Shown: positions 13,620 to 25,800 of the stretch, in pieces
How the letters are laid out: each line of letters begins with the position of its first letter
Numbering within the stretch: the first letter of the stretch is position 1
NCBI GenBank assembly: GCA_963796685.1
Contig: CAWCMR010000008.1
Location: 608,001 to 672,000 of the forward strand
Length of the DNA: 64,000 nucleotides
Reading direction: 5' to 3'
Origin: an uncultured delta proteobacterium
GTDB lineage: Bacteria; Myxococcota_A; Polyangia; Fen-1088
Notes under the pieces: generated by a model
Told to the model about the DNA's origin: nothing
Database searches by the model: none
Seen by the model: the letters and a program-made list of their open reading frames with translations, nothing else
Position numbers and translations under genes: made by a program

Positions 13620-15662
13620 TTGAATCGCACCGGTCGAGCTTCTACGCTCGTGCTCGTGCGACCGAAGTACCCACGGAGCCCGGGCCAACGACGTTCCAGG
13701 AAAGGCCCCTCGCCGAGGGGAAGCCTGGCCGCCCTGGCGCTCGTCGGTCTTTGGGAGGGCAGCGGACGCTCGGCACAGCCGGCAGTAGCAGCCAAAGCGG
13801 CGCCAACGGTCCAGCCATCGCCGGCCAGCGGCGAGATCATCGTGGTCGAGGGTGGGCGCGTGGTGGGCCAGACAACGCCCGAAAAGGCGCGCCGGGACGG
13901 GTTGACCGTGGTCGATCTCTCCGACGGCTGGCTGCCTTACATCTTTTCGGAGGAGCCTGGGAAACCACAGCCGCTGCGGCCCGATCTGATCGCCCTGGCC
14001 AACGGGCGTCTGCCCCGCGGAAAGACCTTCGCGCGTGCCCGCGAGGACCGGTACTTCGAAGCCTTCGGGGTGTTCCCCAGCCTGAACCTGATGCGCCGGC
14101 GGCTGGCGGATTCCAGGCGCCACGCGTGCCACGACAAGGTGGCGGACAAGGCCCTGGAGCAGATGTCGCCGAAAAGCGTGATCGTGCCGGAAGAGCCGGA
14201 AAAGACCTCGAGCACGCCGGAGGACGCCGCACCGGGCGATCCGACGCTGGCGCCAGCACCGGAAGTGCCGCCGAGGAAGCCCTTGAGCGCCGCGGCGCAG
14301 CGGGCGGTGATCGCGATGCAGGCGCACCTGCGCTGCGAGGGCTTGCTTTTGCACGGGGCGAAGCGTGCCCGCATGGATCCGCGGACAGTGGCGGGCCTGC
14401 AGATCTACCAGCGCATGCTCATGATCGCGGACAACGGACGCATCGATCTCGAGACTCGCACCGCGCTTCTGGCCGATAGTCGCGAGCACGACTTCCGGGC
14501 TCTGCTGCGCGCGCTTCGCGAACGGGTTGTGGATGCGACCGGGCTGCTCGAGGACGGCTCGGCCATGGGGGTGGTCGGGGAGGTGCAGGGGCGCGTGCTG
14601 GACAGCGCCGAGTTCCAGCCCCTGCCCGTGGAAGCGAGTGCCGTATCTGCAACAGGCAAGGTCACTCGGGCACCGGATCTGATTTCCGCGGCCACCCAAG
14701 CTGCCAGCCAAGCGCTGGGATGGACCGCGCCCGCGGCCGTTCTCGCGAGCACGCTGGTGGTGACGCCCGCGCCGCTGCCAGCCTCGCGAGGGCGGGCGCG
14801 CAAGGTGACCACATCCCATGCGCCTGCTCCCTTGCCCGCGGCCGTGGCCATCCGCCTACCGCCGCTGCCGCCCTACCATAGCCCCAAGATGGACCTGCGG
14901 GCAGAGATCGATCGCGGCGAGGTGGTCCTCAAGCGTCCGGCCCTCGACAAGGACGGCAAGAAGAAGTGGCATCCCCCGGTCAGCGATCGCCCGACCCTCA
15001 CGCTGTACGCGCGCGTGGGCCAGGGCGAGGTGGCGCTGTGCCGCTGGCCAACCACCATCGGAGGTTGGAAGACCATCGAGCGCTCCGACGGTACCATGGC
15101 GCTCAAGTACAAAGAGTCCGTCACGGGTGACGCCCTCTGGCCCGAGATTCTCGCCACCCCGACCTGGCACCCGTCGTCAGGCCTGCCCACGCGCAGGTTG
15201 CTCGTCAAGCGGGGCGACGGCTGGGCGCCCAAGGCCGAGGTCATCGGCCCGGGTTACCGCGCAGCCTACGGGCTGGTGGCCATCACGCACCTGCAGATCG
15301 AGGGGCGGGACGAGCACGGCGAGCCCCTGCTCATGGACCACCGTATTCGGACCCACGGCACGCCGGCCTACCGATCGGTCAAGCGCGGCGAGAGCAGCGG
15401 CTGCCACCGGCTGTTCAACCATCTGGCCCTGCGCCTGGCGGGCTTCCTGGTGCGACACCGGCCGAACATTCGCCAAGGCCTCGTGCCCGAGGACTACGTT
15501 CGACACCTCGAATACAAAGGCCAACAAGTGGACCTGGCGGACGACAACAAAGGCTACCGCTTCGCACTGACGCCGCCCGTGCCGGTGACCATCCTCCACG
15601 GCGACATCCGCGGCAACGCCAGGTCCGTCAGGGGCACGGTGCCGCTGATGGTGACGCCGTAG
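13620..15662 (+). CDS. Putative L,D-transpeptidase (YkuD-like) protein
   Basis: C-terminal HG-x-SSGCHRL resembling the YkuD HG...SHGC motif; PTWHP motif. Start codon uncertain. Confidence 0.6.
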   Translation: MNRTGRASTLVLVRPKYPRSPGQRRSRKGPSPRGSLAALALVGLWEGSGRSAQPAVAAKAAPTVQPSPASGEIIVVEGGRVVGQTTPEKARRDGLTVVDLSDGWLPYIFSEEPGKPQPLRPDLIALANGRLPRGKTFARAREDRYFEAFGVFPSLNLMRRRLADSRRHACHDKVADKALEQMSPKSVIVPEEPEKTSSTPEDAAPGDPTLAPAPEVPPRKPLSAAAQRAVIAMQAHLRCEGLLLHGAKRARMDPRTVAGLQIYQRMLMIADNGRIDLETRTALLADSREHDFRALLRALRERVVDATGLLEDGSAMGVVGEVQGRVLDSAEFQPLPVEASAVSATGKVTRAPDLISAATQAASQALGWTAPAAVLASTLVVTPAPLPASRGRARKVTTSHAPAPLPAAVAIRLPPLPPYHSPKMDLRAEIDRGEVVLKRPALDKDGKKKWHPPVSDRPTLTLYARVGQGEVALCRWPTTIGGWKTIERSDGTMALKYKESVTGDALWPEILATPTWHPSSGLPTRRLLVKRGDGWAPKAEVIGPGYRAAYGLVAITHLQIEGRDEHGEPLLMDHRIRTHGTPAYRSVKRGESSGCHRLFNHLALRLAGFLVRHRPNIRQGLVPEDYVRHLEYKGQQVDLADDNKGYRFALTPPVPVTILHGDIRGNARSVRGTVPLMVTP

Positions 15663-15742
15663 GGGCAGGACACGAAGGACCGGAAAGGCTCGGCCAGCGC
15701 GCAAATCGAGCGTCTCACCCAGTCGGTTGGTTTCCCCGAGCG

Positions 15743-17041
15743 TTAGTTGACTGCTGCGCAGAACTGCTTGGTCGTGAGACCGTCGCCGCCGGACCAGATC
15801 TCGAAGCCGGCGAAGACGAGACTCAAGTACATGCTGCTGGTGACGCCGTACTTGTTGCTTACGGCATCCTTGATGAAGTTGTTCAGGTCGTATGACAGCG
15901 AGTCGAGGGGCGTGCTGCTGACATAGGAGATGCACGGCGGATCGGTGCTGCTATCGACCCACACGTCCCACGTGCCAGGCACGCCGCCGACCGTCATACC
16001 CGGATGGTTCGGCGACGCGCCCGTAGCTGAGCTGGACCCACCCCGGGGCTGGCGATCGGACGGCTTGTACAGCCACACCATCAAATAGGCCCCGCCCTGC
16101 CCCGGCGAATTGGACATGGTACCGAGCTTGGCACTGGTCGCCGTGAACCACACGTCGTAGGTCGCGTTGAAGTTCGAGGTGTCGAGCGTGCTGGCGTTGG
16201 TGGAGAAGATCGTGGGAACCGATTTGATGGCCGACACCTGCATCGGCAGGTTGCTCCCCACCGTGGTGTGGTTCTGGTACGAGCCGATGAAGATCGTGGG
16301 GAACCCCATGGGATTGCCGTCGCTGGCCGGCACCGAAGTACCTTGCGAATTGCCCACGGTCATCGACAGCCCGGTGATGTCCACGGTCTGGCCACCGAAC
16401 TTGTGCCACCAGTTGGTCATCGTGTGGTAGGTCTTGGTCGAGTTGGTTACCGTGATCTCGCCGTCCTGGTACTGCTTGGTGAAGGACAGGGGGGTGGTCG
16501 AGGTGTCGGTGCAGTCGACGGATGCCGTGCTTCCGCCGGTCGCTGTAGTCCCGCCCGCGCCCGCCGAGCCGCCGCTGCCAGCCGCGCCGCTGCCGGCAGC
16601 ACCGCCGCCAGCCGTGCCGCCTGTTTGACCGTTGCCAGCCGAGCCCCCCGTCATGCTCGTGCCGCCGCTGCCGGCCGTGCCACCGCTACCGGCCGTGCCG
16701 CTTGAACCGGCCGAGCCCGTCTTGCCGCCGCTACCGGTCACCCCGCCCGAGTTGCCGCCGCTGGCCGTGGTGCCACCCGTGACAGTGGCCCCACCCGAGC
16801 CCGAGCTACCCCCGCTGGCCGTGGTGCCGCCCGCGCTGGTCGTCCCGCCTGACGCGGTCGTTCCACCCGTGGCCGTTGTTCCACCATTTCCGGTCGTCCC
16901 CCCCGAGCCGCCCTGCCCGCCAGACGCTGCCGACCCACCCGATCCCGAGGTAACCCCCTGGTTATTGACGTTGCACGCGAGAATCGCGCCGGAAAAGACG
17001 ACAAGCATCGCGGCCGTAACGAGTGGTCTCTCGAATATCAT
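15743..17041 (-). CDS. GH12-like glycoside hydrolase lipoprotein with Gly/Thr-rich linker
   Basis: Lipobox ILAC, GGTT-repeat linker, NATYDVWF, YLMVWL, FAGFEIW. Confidence 0.75.
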   Translation of the reverse strand: MIFERPLVTAAMLVVFSGAILACNVNNQGVTSGSGGSAASGGQGGSGGTTGNGGTTATGGTTASGGTTSAGGTTASGGSSGSGGATVTGGTTASGGNSGGVTGSGGKTGSAGSSGTAGSGGTAGSGGTSMTGGSAGNGQTGGTAGGGAAGSGAAGSGGSAGAGGTTATGGSTASVDCTDTSTTPLSFTKQYQDGEITVTNSTKTYHTMTNWWHKFGGQTVDITGLSMTVGNSQGTSVPASDGNPMGFPTIFIGSYQNHTTVGSNLPMQVSAIKSVPTIFSTNASTLDTSNFNATYDVWFTATSAKLGTMSNSPGQGGAYLMVWLYKPSDRQPRGGSSSATGASPNHPGMTVGGVPGTWDVWVDSSTDPPCISYVSSTPLDSLSYDLNNFIKDAVSNKYGVTSSMYLSLVFAGFEIWSGGDGLTTKQFCAAVN

Positions 17042-17361
17042 GGGATGTCCTTCCTTGAACTAGCCAGGGATCCCTCGCTGCTGTCCCGTCATCAGCCTCA
17101 GGTGTTAGAACACGCACGAAGCCGCTTTTGAGCAGATGCAGTTGTCTGGACCAAAGGTGAGCAGCAAGAAATGGCAACTCGGCGCCACTTCTAGCTTGTG
17201 GTTTCCAGATCGTCAGTGCTCTACTTCGTCGCTAGCTAGGCTAGTTTCCGAGTTCTTCTGCATTCCCGACGATACTGTCGCCTGGCCGGCCTCAACGAGG
17301 CGGTCGCGAATTCGACCAATCCCTGAGATCCGTGACTCGGCCTGAATGCCCCGGAGGAGAT

Positions 17362-18870
17362 ATGAAGGTCCAAACTGCGCTAGGAATCCTGGTTGCCGTG
17401 CTTTTCGTCGCGCCAGGCTGCGGAAGCGATAACCCGCAGGCCCAGTCGGGTTCTGGCGGCCGGGGCGTAGGCGGAGGCGCTGGCAACGGCTCCGGAGGCA
17501 GCGGCGTGGGCGGAAACGCCGGCAACAACGTGGGCGGAGGCGCCGGCAGCGGCTCGGGGGGCAGCGCGGGCAACGGCGCGGGGGGCATCGCCTTGGGTGG
17601 TAGCGGCGGCGGTTCGGGCGGCGTCAAGACTGGAGGCACGACGGGCAGCGGCGGCAATGCGACAGGCGGGGCGGGCGGCAACTCGATGGGCGGCGGCGGC
17701 AATCCCGATTCCGCCGCTGGAGGTACCGGCGCTGGTGGTTCGACCGCCCGGGATGGCGGACGAGACACGATTCCAGGTGTTGGTGGCGGCGGGGAAAATG
17801 GCGGCGGGGCGACTGGCACGGGTGGTTCCACGGGCGCGGGCGGCTCCACGAATACCGACGCCGGCAGCGGCGGTCAGAATATCTGCACGTTCGCCAGCGG
17901 TCTGAATGTCGCCTGGGTTCAGTTTGCCGGTGACGTTCCGAATACCAGCTCGAACATCGCGACCTTCAACACGATCTTCAAGAACACCTACGACAGTGGT
18001 GGACGTATTGTGCGTTGGTGGTTCCACACCAATGGCACTGTCACACCGGGTTATCAAACAGATGGAACAGCCCAGAAGCTCCCACAGTCGCACATCGACG
18101 GTCTCAAGGCGATCTTGTCCGCTGCGAACACCAACAAGCTGGGTGTCGTCGTCAGCCTTTGGTCGTTCGACATGCTGCAGGGACCGGGAAGCGGCGAAAA
18201 CATTCCCAGCGGTACTCTAACCAACAATCAGAAGCTCATCACCCAGGACACGAATCGCCAAGCGTACATCGACAACTACCTCACGCCACTGGTCACGGCC
18301 CTCAAGGGGACCCCTGGGCTTTATGCCTACGAAATTTTCAACGAGCCGGAGGGAATGTCGACGGAGAACGGTTGGACGGCGAACAGCTCGAACCAGGGAC
18401 TCTCGGTTCCTGAGAGCGCCATTCAGAAGACGGTGAACTGGTTTGCCGCCGCCATCCACGCCGCGGATCCAAGAACACCGGTTACCAATGGCTCCCAAAC
18501 CATGGACTACCGTACCCTGTACACCGACAGTGCCTTGACCAGCGCGGGCGGAAAATCGACCGGCACGCTCGATTTTTACGAGGTTCACTACTACCAAGTG
18601 AATGGCTCCAACAACGATGTTTTTGCCAACCCGAGGTCGCACTGGGCCATGTCGGACAAGAAGCTTGCGATCGGGGAGTTCGCCGCTTACTCGCAGGACA
18701 CGTCGCCGGTGGCCGTCAACGACTGCTACACCTACCTCTACAGCAATGGCTACGACGGCGCATGGGCCTGGTCGTACACGGAGGGCAACTCGAACTACGC
18801 CTGGCCATCCATGCAGACACCGATGAAGAATCTCCTTGCGGCCCACGCCGACGTGGGAACTTGTCCATAA
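17362..18870 (+). CDS. GH5-family (clan GH-A) glycoside hydrolase lipoprotein, possible mannanase/endoglucanase
   Basis: Lipobox APGC, Gly-rich linker, YEIFNEPE (acid/base), EVHYY, IGEFA (nucleophile), AWAW. RBS GGAGGAG before ATG 17362. Confidence 0.82.
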   Translation: MKVQTALGILVAVLFVAPGCGSDNPQAQSGSGGRGVGGGAGNGSGGSGVGGNAGNNVGGGAGSGSGGSAGNGAGGIALGGSGGGSGGVKTGGTTGSGGNATGGAGGNSMGGGGNPDSAAGGTGAGGSTARDGGRDTIPGVGGGGENGGGATGTGGSTGAGGSTNTDAGSGGQNICTFASGLNVAWVQFAGDVPNTSSNIATFNTIFKNTYDSGGRIVRWWFHTNGTVTPGYQTDGTAQKLPQSHIDGLKAILSAANTNKLGVVVSLWSFDMLQGPGSGENIPSGTLTNNQKLITQDTNRQAYIDNYLTPLVTALKGTPGLYAYEIFNEPEGMSTENGWTANSSNQGLSVPESAIQKTVNWFAAAIHAADPRTPVTNGSQTMDYRTLYTDSALTSAGGKSTGTLDFYEVHYYQVNGSNNDVFANPRSHWAMSDKKLAIGEFAAYSQDTSPVAVNDCYTYLYSNGYDGAWAWSYTEGNSNYAWPSMQTPMKNLLAAHADVGTCP

Positions 18871-18880
18871 GGCGACGGCA

Positions 18881-19459
18881 ATGTTTCGCCGCTACATCAT
18901 CTGGTCGCTTCCCCTGGTCGCGGTAGCGCTCATCTGGCTGCTGCGAACCCAGGCGGCTACCCGCGAGACGACCAAGGCCAAGGATGAACCTTCTGCCGCG
19001 GCTCCGCCTGATCTGCCAACAGCACGACCGCCATTGCTCGCTCGGCCCGCGGATGCAGCGCCGACATCCGGGCCACCTACCGCAGCTCCGGCGCAGAGCG
19101 GATCAGGAAAAGCCAGTACTGTCCATGCGCTCTCGCCCGCGGACCAACTTGCCGAAGCGAGCTTGATGTCCCGTCTGCGCGCGGCCAAAGCGAGCAACCC
19201 AAAGTTGGCCATCGAGCTCGCTCGACAAGGAAACAAGCGTTTCCCGGACAGCGCCCTGGCACCTGAACGGTATTCGATCTTGGTTCACGCCTTGGCCGAC
19301 ACGGAGCAACGCCGCGAGGCACGCGGCGAGGCGGAATTCATGGTGAACCACTATCCCGACTCCGACTGGGTCAGGGAGATCGAACGATTTTCGGGCGCGC
19401 ACCGCCACCGGAATATCCGCCTGACAGACGCTGGAACGATCGAGTACTACGATCCCTAG
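18881..19459 (+). CDS. Hypothetical membrane-anchored protein
   Basis: N-terminal TM, Pro/Ala linker and a helical C-domain containing RFPDS/HYPDS. Confidence 0.6.
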   Translation: MFRRYIIWSLPLVAVALIWLLRTQAATRETTKAKDEPSAAAPPDLPTARPPLLARPADAAPTSGPPTAAPAQSGSGKASTVHALSPADQLAEASLMSRLRAAKASNPKLAIELARQGNKRFPDSALAPERYSILVHALADTEQRREARGEAEFMVNHYPDSDWVREIERFSGAHRHRNIRLTDAGTIEYYDP

Positions 19460-19855
19460 CCTTGGGGCTTGCCCAGAGCGCCCACACGGCTTTGCGACGC
19501 GGTAGAATCCCGGAATCCCGTTTTCGTTCCCCGTCACCGAGGTGTCACGACCCAGGAGTGCCATCGAGCAGGTACTCTAGTGCTTGGCCAGGTCGCGTCA
19601 AGAGGACAGAAATGGGAACCCTCGACGATCCGCCGCGGTGGTAAGCGCAACGGTGCGGCAGAGCGAAAGGCAAGGTCAAGCCCCATGGATGACAGCATTT
19701 CGAAGTAGGCAGGTTCTGCCGCGTGCGAGATCCGCAGTCGGGTGCGAGGTGCAATGGGCGCCCCCGAACATACCCGCCGCGTTTGCTGCCTCGTAGGGCA
19801 CAAGTTTTCCCTCGGATGTGCCGATAGCCCCGTGTCAGGTGCGGAGCGAGACCCC

Positions 19856-22800
19856 GTGACCATCACTTCGATATCGTCGTTCACTCCACAACAGATCCGG
19901 AGCCTCTCCGCGGTCGACCTGCGCAGCGTCTCCACGACGGATATCGCAACCCTTTCGACCACCCAGGTGCAGGCGCTCACGCCGGTCGAAATCACCGAGT
20001 TGACGCCCGAGCAGGTCGCCAATCTGACGGCCATCGAATGGCTCGCGTTTTCGCCCCCGCAACTCTCCGCCTTGACCCCATCGCAGGTCGCGGTCGTCAG
20101 CACGGGCAAGGTCACGGCGTTAACCACCACGCAGATTCAAGGCCTGCGGAGCACCGACATCGCCGAGCTCCTGCCCACGCAGATCGCGGCCCTCGCCGAG
20201 ACCGAGCTCGAAGCCCTGACCAGCGCCCAGATCAAGGGTATCAAGGCGACCCAGCTCGCGGCCTTGACCACCACGCAACTCGGCTACCTCTCCTCGACCC
20301 AGCTCGCCGGAATCACGGCCTTCGCCATCCCCGGCATGACCGACGAGCAGTGGTCCGCGCTGACCACCACCCAATTCGCCGGCTTGCCAGGCGGCTCTAT
20401 CAGCGCGCTCGATGCCGAGACGCTCGGCAAGCTGAGCAATACCCTCCTGGCCGCGCTCTCGACGGCGCAACTGAAGGGCTTGACCAGCACCAACGTCGGC
20501 GCCCTGGGTCTGCCCCAGCTGGCGGCCCTGAGCGAAACCCAGCTCGCCGGATTGACTTCCGCGGCTCTGCGCGGGCTGACCAACGACCAGGTCGTCGCGC
20601 TGACTACCACGCAGCTCGGCGACATGACGTCGTCGCAGCTCGCGGCGCTTACCACCACCGTGATCGCGGCCCTCACCCCGACCCAAATCGCGGGCCTCGC
20701 GACCACCCAGGTCCAAAGCCTCAGCGGCGCGAGTGTAGGGTTGCTGAGCATCGACCAGTTCGCGGCCTTCGTGGGGACGCAGTTGGCGGCGCTGACCACC
20801 ACCCAGCTGCGCGCCTTGAGCAGCACCGATCTCGGCAACCTGACCACCGGCGAGCTGGGCGCCCTGAGCGCCACACAACTGGGGGCATTCAATATGCTAG
20901 CGGTCCAAGGCCTGTCCGCGGACCAGCTGGCATCGCTGACGACCACCCAGACCGCCGGCCTCGGCGCCGGGCAACTTCGAGGGCTCTCCGTCGAGGCCGC
21001 CCAGGGCTTGACGACGTCACAGCTGGCCGCTCTGAGCACCACGCAGATCGTCGGGCTGACCAGCACCCGCATCGGCGCCCTGACATCCTCGGAGATCGCG
21101 ATCTTCAGCTCCACGCAGCTGTCCGCCCTGGTCGCGACCCAACTCAAGGGTCTCACGGCAGACCAGCTCGGCGAGCTGGCCGAGACGCAGCTGGCAGGAC
21201 TGTTGCCGGCGCAGCTTTCGGCCCTCACGACCACGACGGTCGCCGGATTCACCACCTCCCAGCTGACCTCGCTGACGACGACCCAGATCGCCGGTCTCAG
21301 CTCGGCTGGACTGAGCGCCCTGGATGCCGACCAATTCGCGGCGCTGGCCACATCACAATTGGCCGCCGTCACCAGCGCGCAGATGCGCGGCCTCACCAGC
21401 ACCGACATCGGCGATCTCGCGACCACGTCCCTGTGGTCGCTCAGCCCGACACAACTTTCCGCTATCACGAGCAGCGCCGTCGCGGGAATGAGCGAAGACC
21501 AACTCGCGGGCTTCAGCACGACGCAGATCCGGGCGCTCGGCTCCTCGCTTGTCGCCGCGCTGGCCGACACCCAGATCGGCGCCTTGACCACCACGCAAGT
21601 AGCCGCGCTGACGACCACGCAGTTGCGAGGCATCGGAAGCACGAACAGCGACCAGATAGCGGCTCTCGGCACCGACCAGGTCGCGGCCTTGTCGTCCATC
21701 CAGGTGGCCGCCATCACCACCACCGGGATTTCAGGCCTGACGGCGGACCAATGGGCCACCCTCACCACTACCCAAATTGCACGACTCGGCTCCGCAAGCG
21801 TGGGCGCCATATCCTCGGATCAGATGGCGTGGCTGCCCGAGACGCTGCTTGCGGCGCTCGCCAGCACCCAGATAGTCGGGCTGACGGCGACTGGCCTCGC
21901 CGCGCTCGACCTCGACCAGCTTGCCGTGCTCGCCAGCACCCAGCTCGCGGCGCTGGCCACCGGCTCGATCAGGGGACTCACCGACGAGCAGATTGCCGGA
22001 CTTGCGACCTCGCAGATCGCCGGGCTCACCGGCGCGCAACTTGGCGCGCTGACCATGACGGCCGTCGGAGCCCTGACCACGGACCAGTTGGCAGGCCTCA
22101 CCAACACGCAGATCAAAGGATTTGCTGGCGCCGGGGTCAGCGCACTGAGCCCCCAGCAGCTAGCAGCGTTCAGCACCTCGCAGCTGGCGGCACTGTCCAG
22201 CACCCAGCTCCGAAGCCTCACCAGCACCAACGTGAATGACCTGACCGCGGCCGAGCTCGCTGCGCTCGCGAGCACCCAGCTTGGCGCCCTCAGCACGAGC
22301 GCGATCGCCGGCTTGTCCCCGGAACAGCTCACTTGGATGACCACGACCCAGATGCTGGGCTTGACCTCGGCGCAGCTTGGGGCGCTTACGGTCGATACCG
22401 CTTCCGCGCTCGCGCCGACCCAGCCTGGCTGTGTTGACCGCTACCCAGGTCACGGGCCTGAGCAGGACGAGCATCGCAAGCCTGACCGAGGCCGACCTTG
22501 CCACCCTGAACGTGCGGCAGATCGCGGCCCTGACCACGACACAGGTCGCGGCCCTCGATCCCGACCAGCTCTCCCAATTCACGACCACCCAGGTGGCCGC
22601 CTTGAGCGCAACGCAGCTCGCCGGCCTCACTAGCGTTGCCGCCTCGGGCTTCGCCACGACCCAGCTGGCAGCCCTGACCACCGCCCAGCTGCGTGGGCTG
22701 ACTGGGATGGCGCTAAGCGCGCTGGATGCGGACCAGTTTGGAGCCTTGACCACGACGCAGATGGCCGCCCTGACGACCACGCAGGTCCGCGGCCTTGCCA

Positions 22801-25800
22801 GCGCCGATCTGGGCGAGCTCAGCACATCGGCCCTGGCAGCACTGACCTCCACGCAGGTGGCCTCGCTGCAACCAAACGCGTTCGCGGGGATGAGCGAGGA
22901 CCAGGTGTCCAGCCTGACCACGACCCAGGTGCGAGCCTTGACCGCGGCGGTCGTCGGAGCGCTGGCCAACACGCAGTTTGCAGCGCTGAGCACCGGCCAA
23001 TTGACGGTTTTGACCACGTCGCAGATGCGAAGCCTGGCTGCCACGAACCTCAGCTTGCTGACGGCCAGTGATCTCGCCGCGCTGACCTCGACCCAGCTGG
23101 CCGCTTTGACGACCGGTCAGATCCAAAGCCTGAGCGACGAGCAGTTCGCGCTTCTCACCTCGACCCAGATGGCCAGGATGAGCGCGACTCAGCTCAGCGC
23201 CCTTTCCACCACCGTGGTGGCGGCCCTGAGCACCACCCAGCTGGCGGCCTTGAGCACGAACCAGCTACGCGGTCTGAGCGCCGACGCCGTGAGCGATCTG
23301 AGCGAGGACCAGATGGCGGCCCTGGCGACCACACAACTGGCGTGGCTCACCACCACCCAGATCGCCGGCTTGACCGGCACCGACGTCTCCGAGCTGTCCA
23401 CCACCGAGCTTTCGACCCTGACCTCCGCCCAGGTGGGCGCCATCAGCGGCACGGCCTTGTCCGGGCTCAGCGCCGGCCAAGTGGCGCTGCTCACCACCTC
23501 GCAGGTGCGCGGGTTGACCGCGACCTCGGTCGCCGCGCTGGCGGACACGCAACTGAACGCGCTCGCCAGCACCCAGATCGCAGCCTTGTCGTCGAGCGCG
23601 ATGGCAGGGCTGACGTCGCAAGAGGCGGCGGAGCTGAGCACCACCCAGATCGCTGCCTTGCTGCCGGCGCAGATGGCCGCGCTGACCAGGACGGCGGTGG
23701 GTTCTCTCGACAGCACCCAGGTGTCCACGCTGTCGACCACGCAGATCGCCGCTCTGACCTCCGGACAAATCGGCGCGCTGAGCGCCACGGCGGTGGCGAG
23801 CCTGCAGACGACGCAAGTGGCGTCCATGAGCGCCATGCAAATGGTCGGGTTCACGGCCACGGGGCTCGGGTCGATGACCGCGAGCAACCTCGCCGGGTTG
23901 AGCAGCACGCAACTGCATGCCCTCACGGCTACCCAGATTGCCGGACTTTCGGGCGATACCGTGGCCGCCCTGGGCGTCACGGGCTTGTCCGCGTTGAGCG
24001 CCTCGCAGCTGTCCGCACTGAGCACCACCGGAGCGCAGGGCCTGAGCCAGGCGCAACTCCGGTCCCTGTCGACCAACCAGCTCAAAGGATTGACCGCCTC
24101 CGCGGTCGCGTCGTTGGCGTCCACGCAGATGGCCGCCCTGCTCACGACCCAGCTTTCGGGCTTGAGCACCACGGCGATCGCGGGCCTGAGCTCGCAGCAG
24201 GTGGCGGCCTTGAGCAGCGACCAGTTCGCGGCCTTTGGAACGACGCAGCTGGCGGCCTTGTCCGCATCGGGAGCACGGGGCCTGACCGGGGATCAATTGG
24301 GCGGTCTGGACAGCCCCAGGCTGTTCGCCCTCAAGGCATCCCAGCTCGCGGCGCTTTCCACCGCCCAGATGGGCGACCTGGCCGACACCCAACTGGCGGC
24401 CCTGTCCACCACGGGAATCAAGGGCCTCGTGCGTACGCAATTGGGGGCACTGTCGCTGACCCAACTCGGGGGCCTGACCCCGAGCCAGATCGCGGCCCTG
24501 TCGGGCGACGCGCTTTCCGGGCTGACCACCACCGAGGTGGCGGCGCTCACGGGGACCCAGCTCGAGGGGGTGAGCCCGGCCCAACTCGGACTCTTCACGG
24601 ACAGCCAGATTCTCGCCCTGACGCCGACCCAAGTCGGCCAGCTTTCCAGCACGCAGGTCGCAGGCCTGAGGGCATCGCAGATTGGCGATCTCAGCGCGGG
24701 TCAGATCGGCGCCCTCTCCATGACCCAGCTTCTCGCCCTCTCCACCAGCACGCTGGGCGGGCTGACCTCCACGCAAGTCGCCACCCTCGCCACCACGCAG
24801 CTCGCTGGGCTGGGAGAGGCCCAGATCAAAGCCCTGTCGACCACGGCCATCGGTGGGCTCACGAGCAGCGAGCTGCCGGTGTTGACCTCCAGCCAGGTTG
24901 GCGCGCTCACCCTGGCCCAGATCGCCGCCATGTCCGAAAAACAAATCGCCGGGTTGGCAACCACGCAGCTGGCGGCCCTGGGCAACGGCGCCATCGCCGG
25001 ACTCGCCGACACGCAGATTTCTGCCATGTCCACCGACCAGCTCACCAGCTTGTCCAACGCACAAATCGGCTCCCTGACGAACGCCGCGGTAGCCGGCCTC
25101 GGCACCGACGACCTGGCGGCCTTTGCCGACAGCCAGGTGGCCGCCCTTTCCCTGGGCGGTGTGGCGTCCCTTGGCGCGAGCCAGATGGCAGCCCTCAGAT
25201 CGGACCAGCTGGCGTCACTGTCCACGTCCCAGATAGCGTCGTTATCGACGACCGCGGTCGCGGCCATCGCCACGAGCTCCATCGCCAATCTGGCAGCGAG
25301 CCAGTTCGCGGCACTCACCGGCGAGCAATTCGGAGCGCTGACCGTGACCCAGATCGCCTCGTTCTCGACCGATCAAATCGCCCATCTCACGCCGGACCAG
25401 ATCGCCGGCATGGTCGACACCCAGGTGGCTGCGCTGGCCACCACCCAGCTTGCCGCGCTCTCACAAGGGCAGCTGGTCTTGCTCTCGGTGGTGGGCGTGG
25501 AGGGCTTCTCACCCGGCCAGATCGCGACGCTGACGACCAGCCAAATCGCGGCCCTTTCCGGCGACCAGCTGCAAAGCTTCAACCAAGAACAGCTGGCCGC
25601 TTTGACAGCGGGGCAGATCGGCGCCATGTCCGCCGATCAGCTCAACGGTCTCGCCGACACCGAAGTTGCGCTGCTGTCGAATACGCAACTGGGCGGCCTT
25701 ACGGAGACCCAGATGGCGGCGCTGGATACCGCGCAGGTGGGCAGCCTCACCAGCAACCAGCTGGAGGGGTTGACCCAGGGACAGCTTCTGGCGCTGAGCA

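Noticed and set aside
16430-17870. GGC-rich tandem repeats as independent DNA repeat elements
   Set aside because: They encode the Gly/Ser/Thr linkers of the two glycoside hydrolase lipoproteins.
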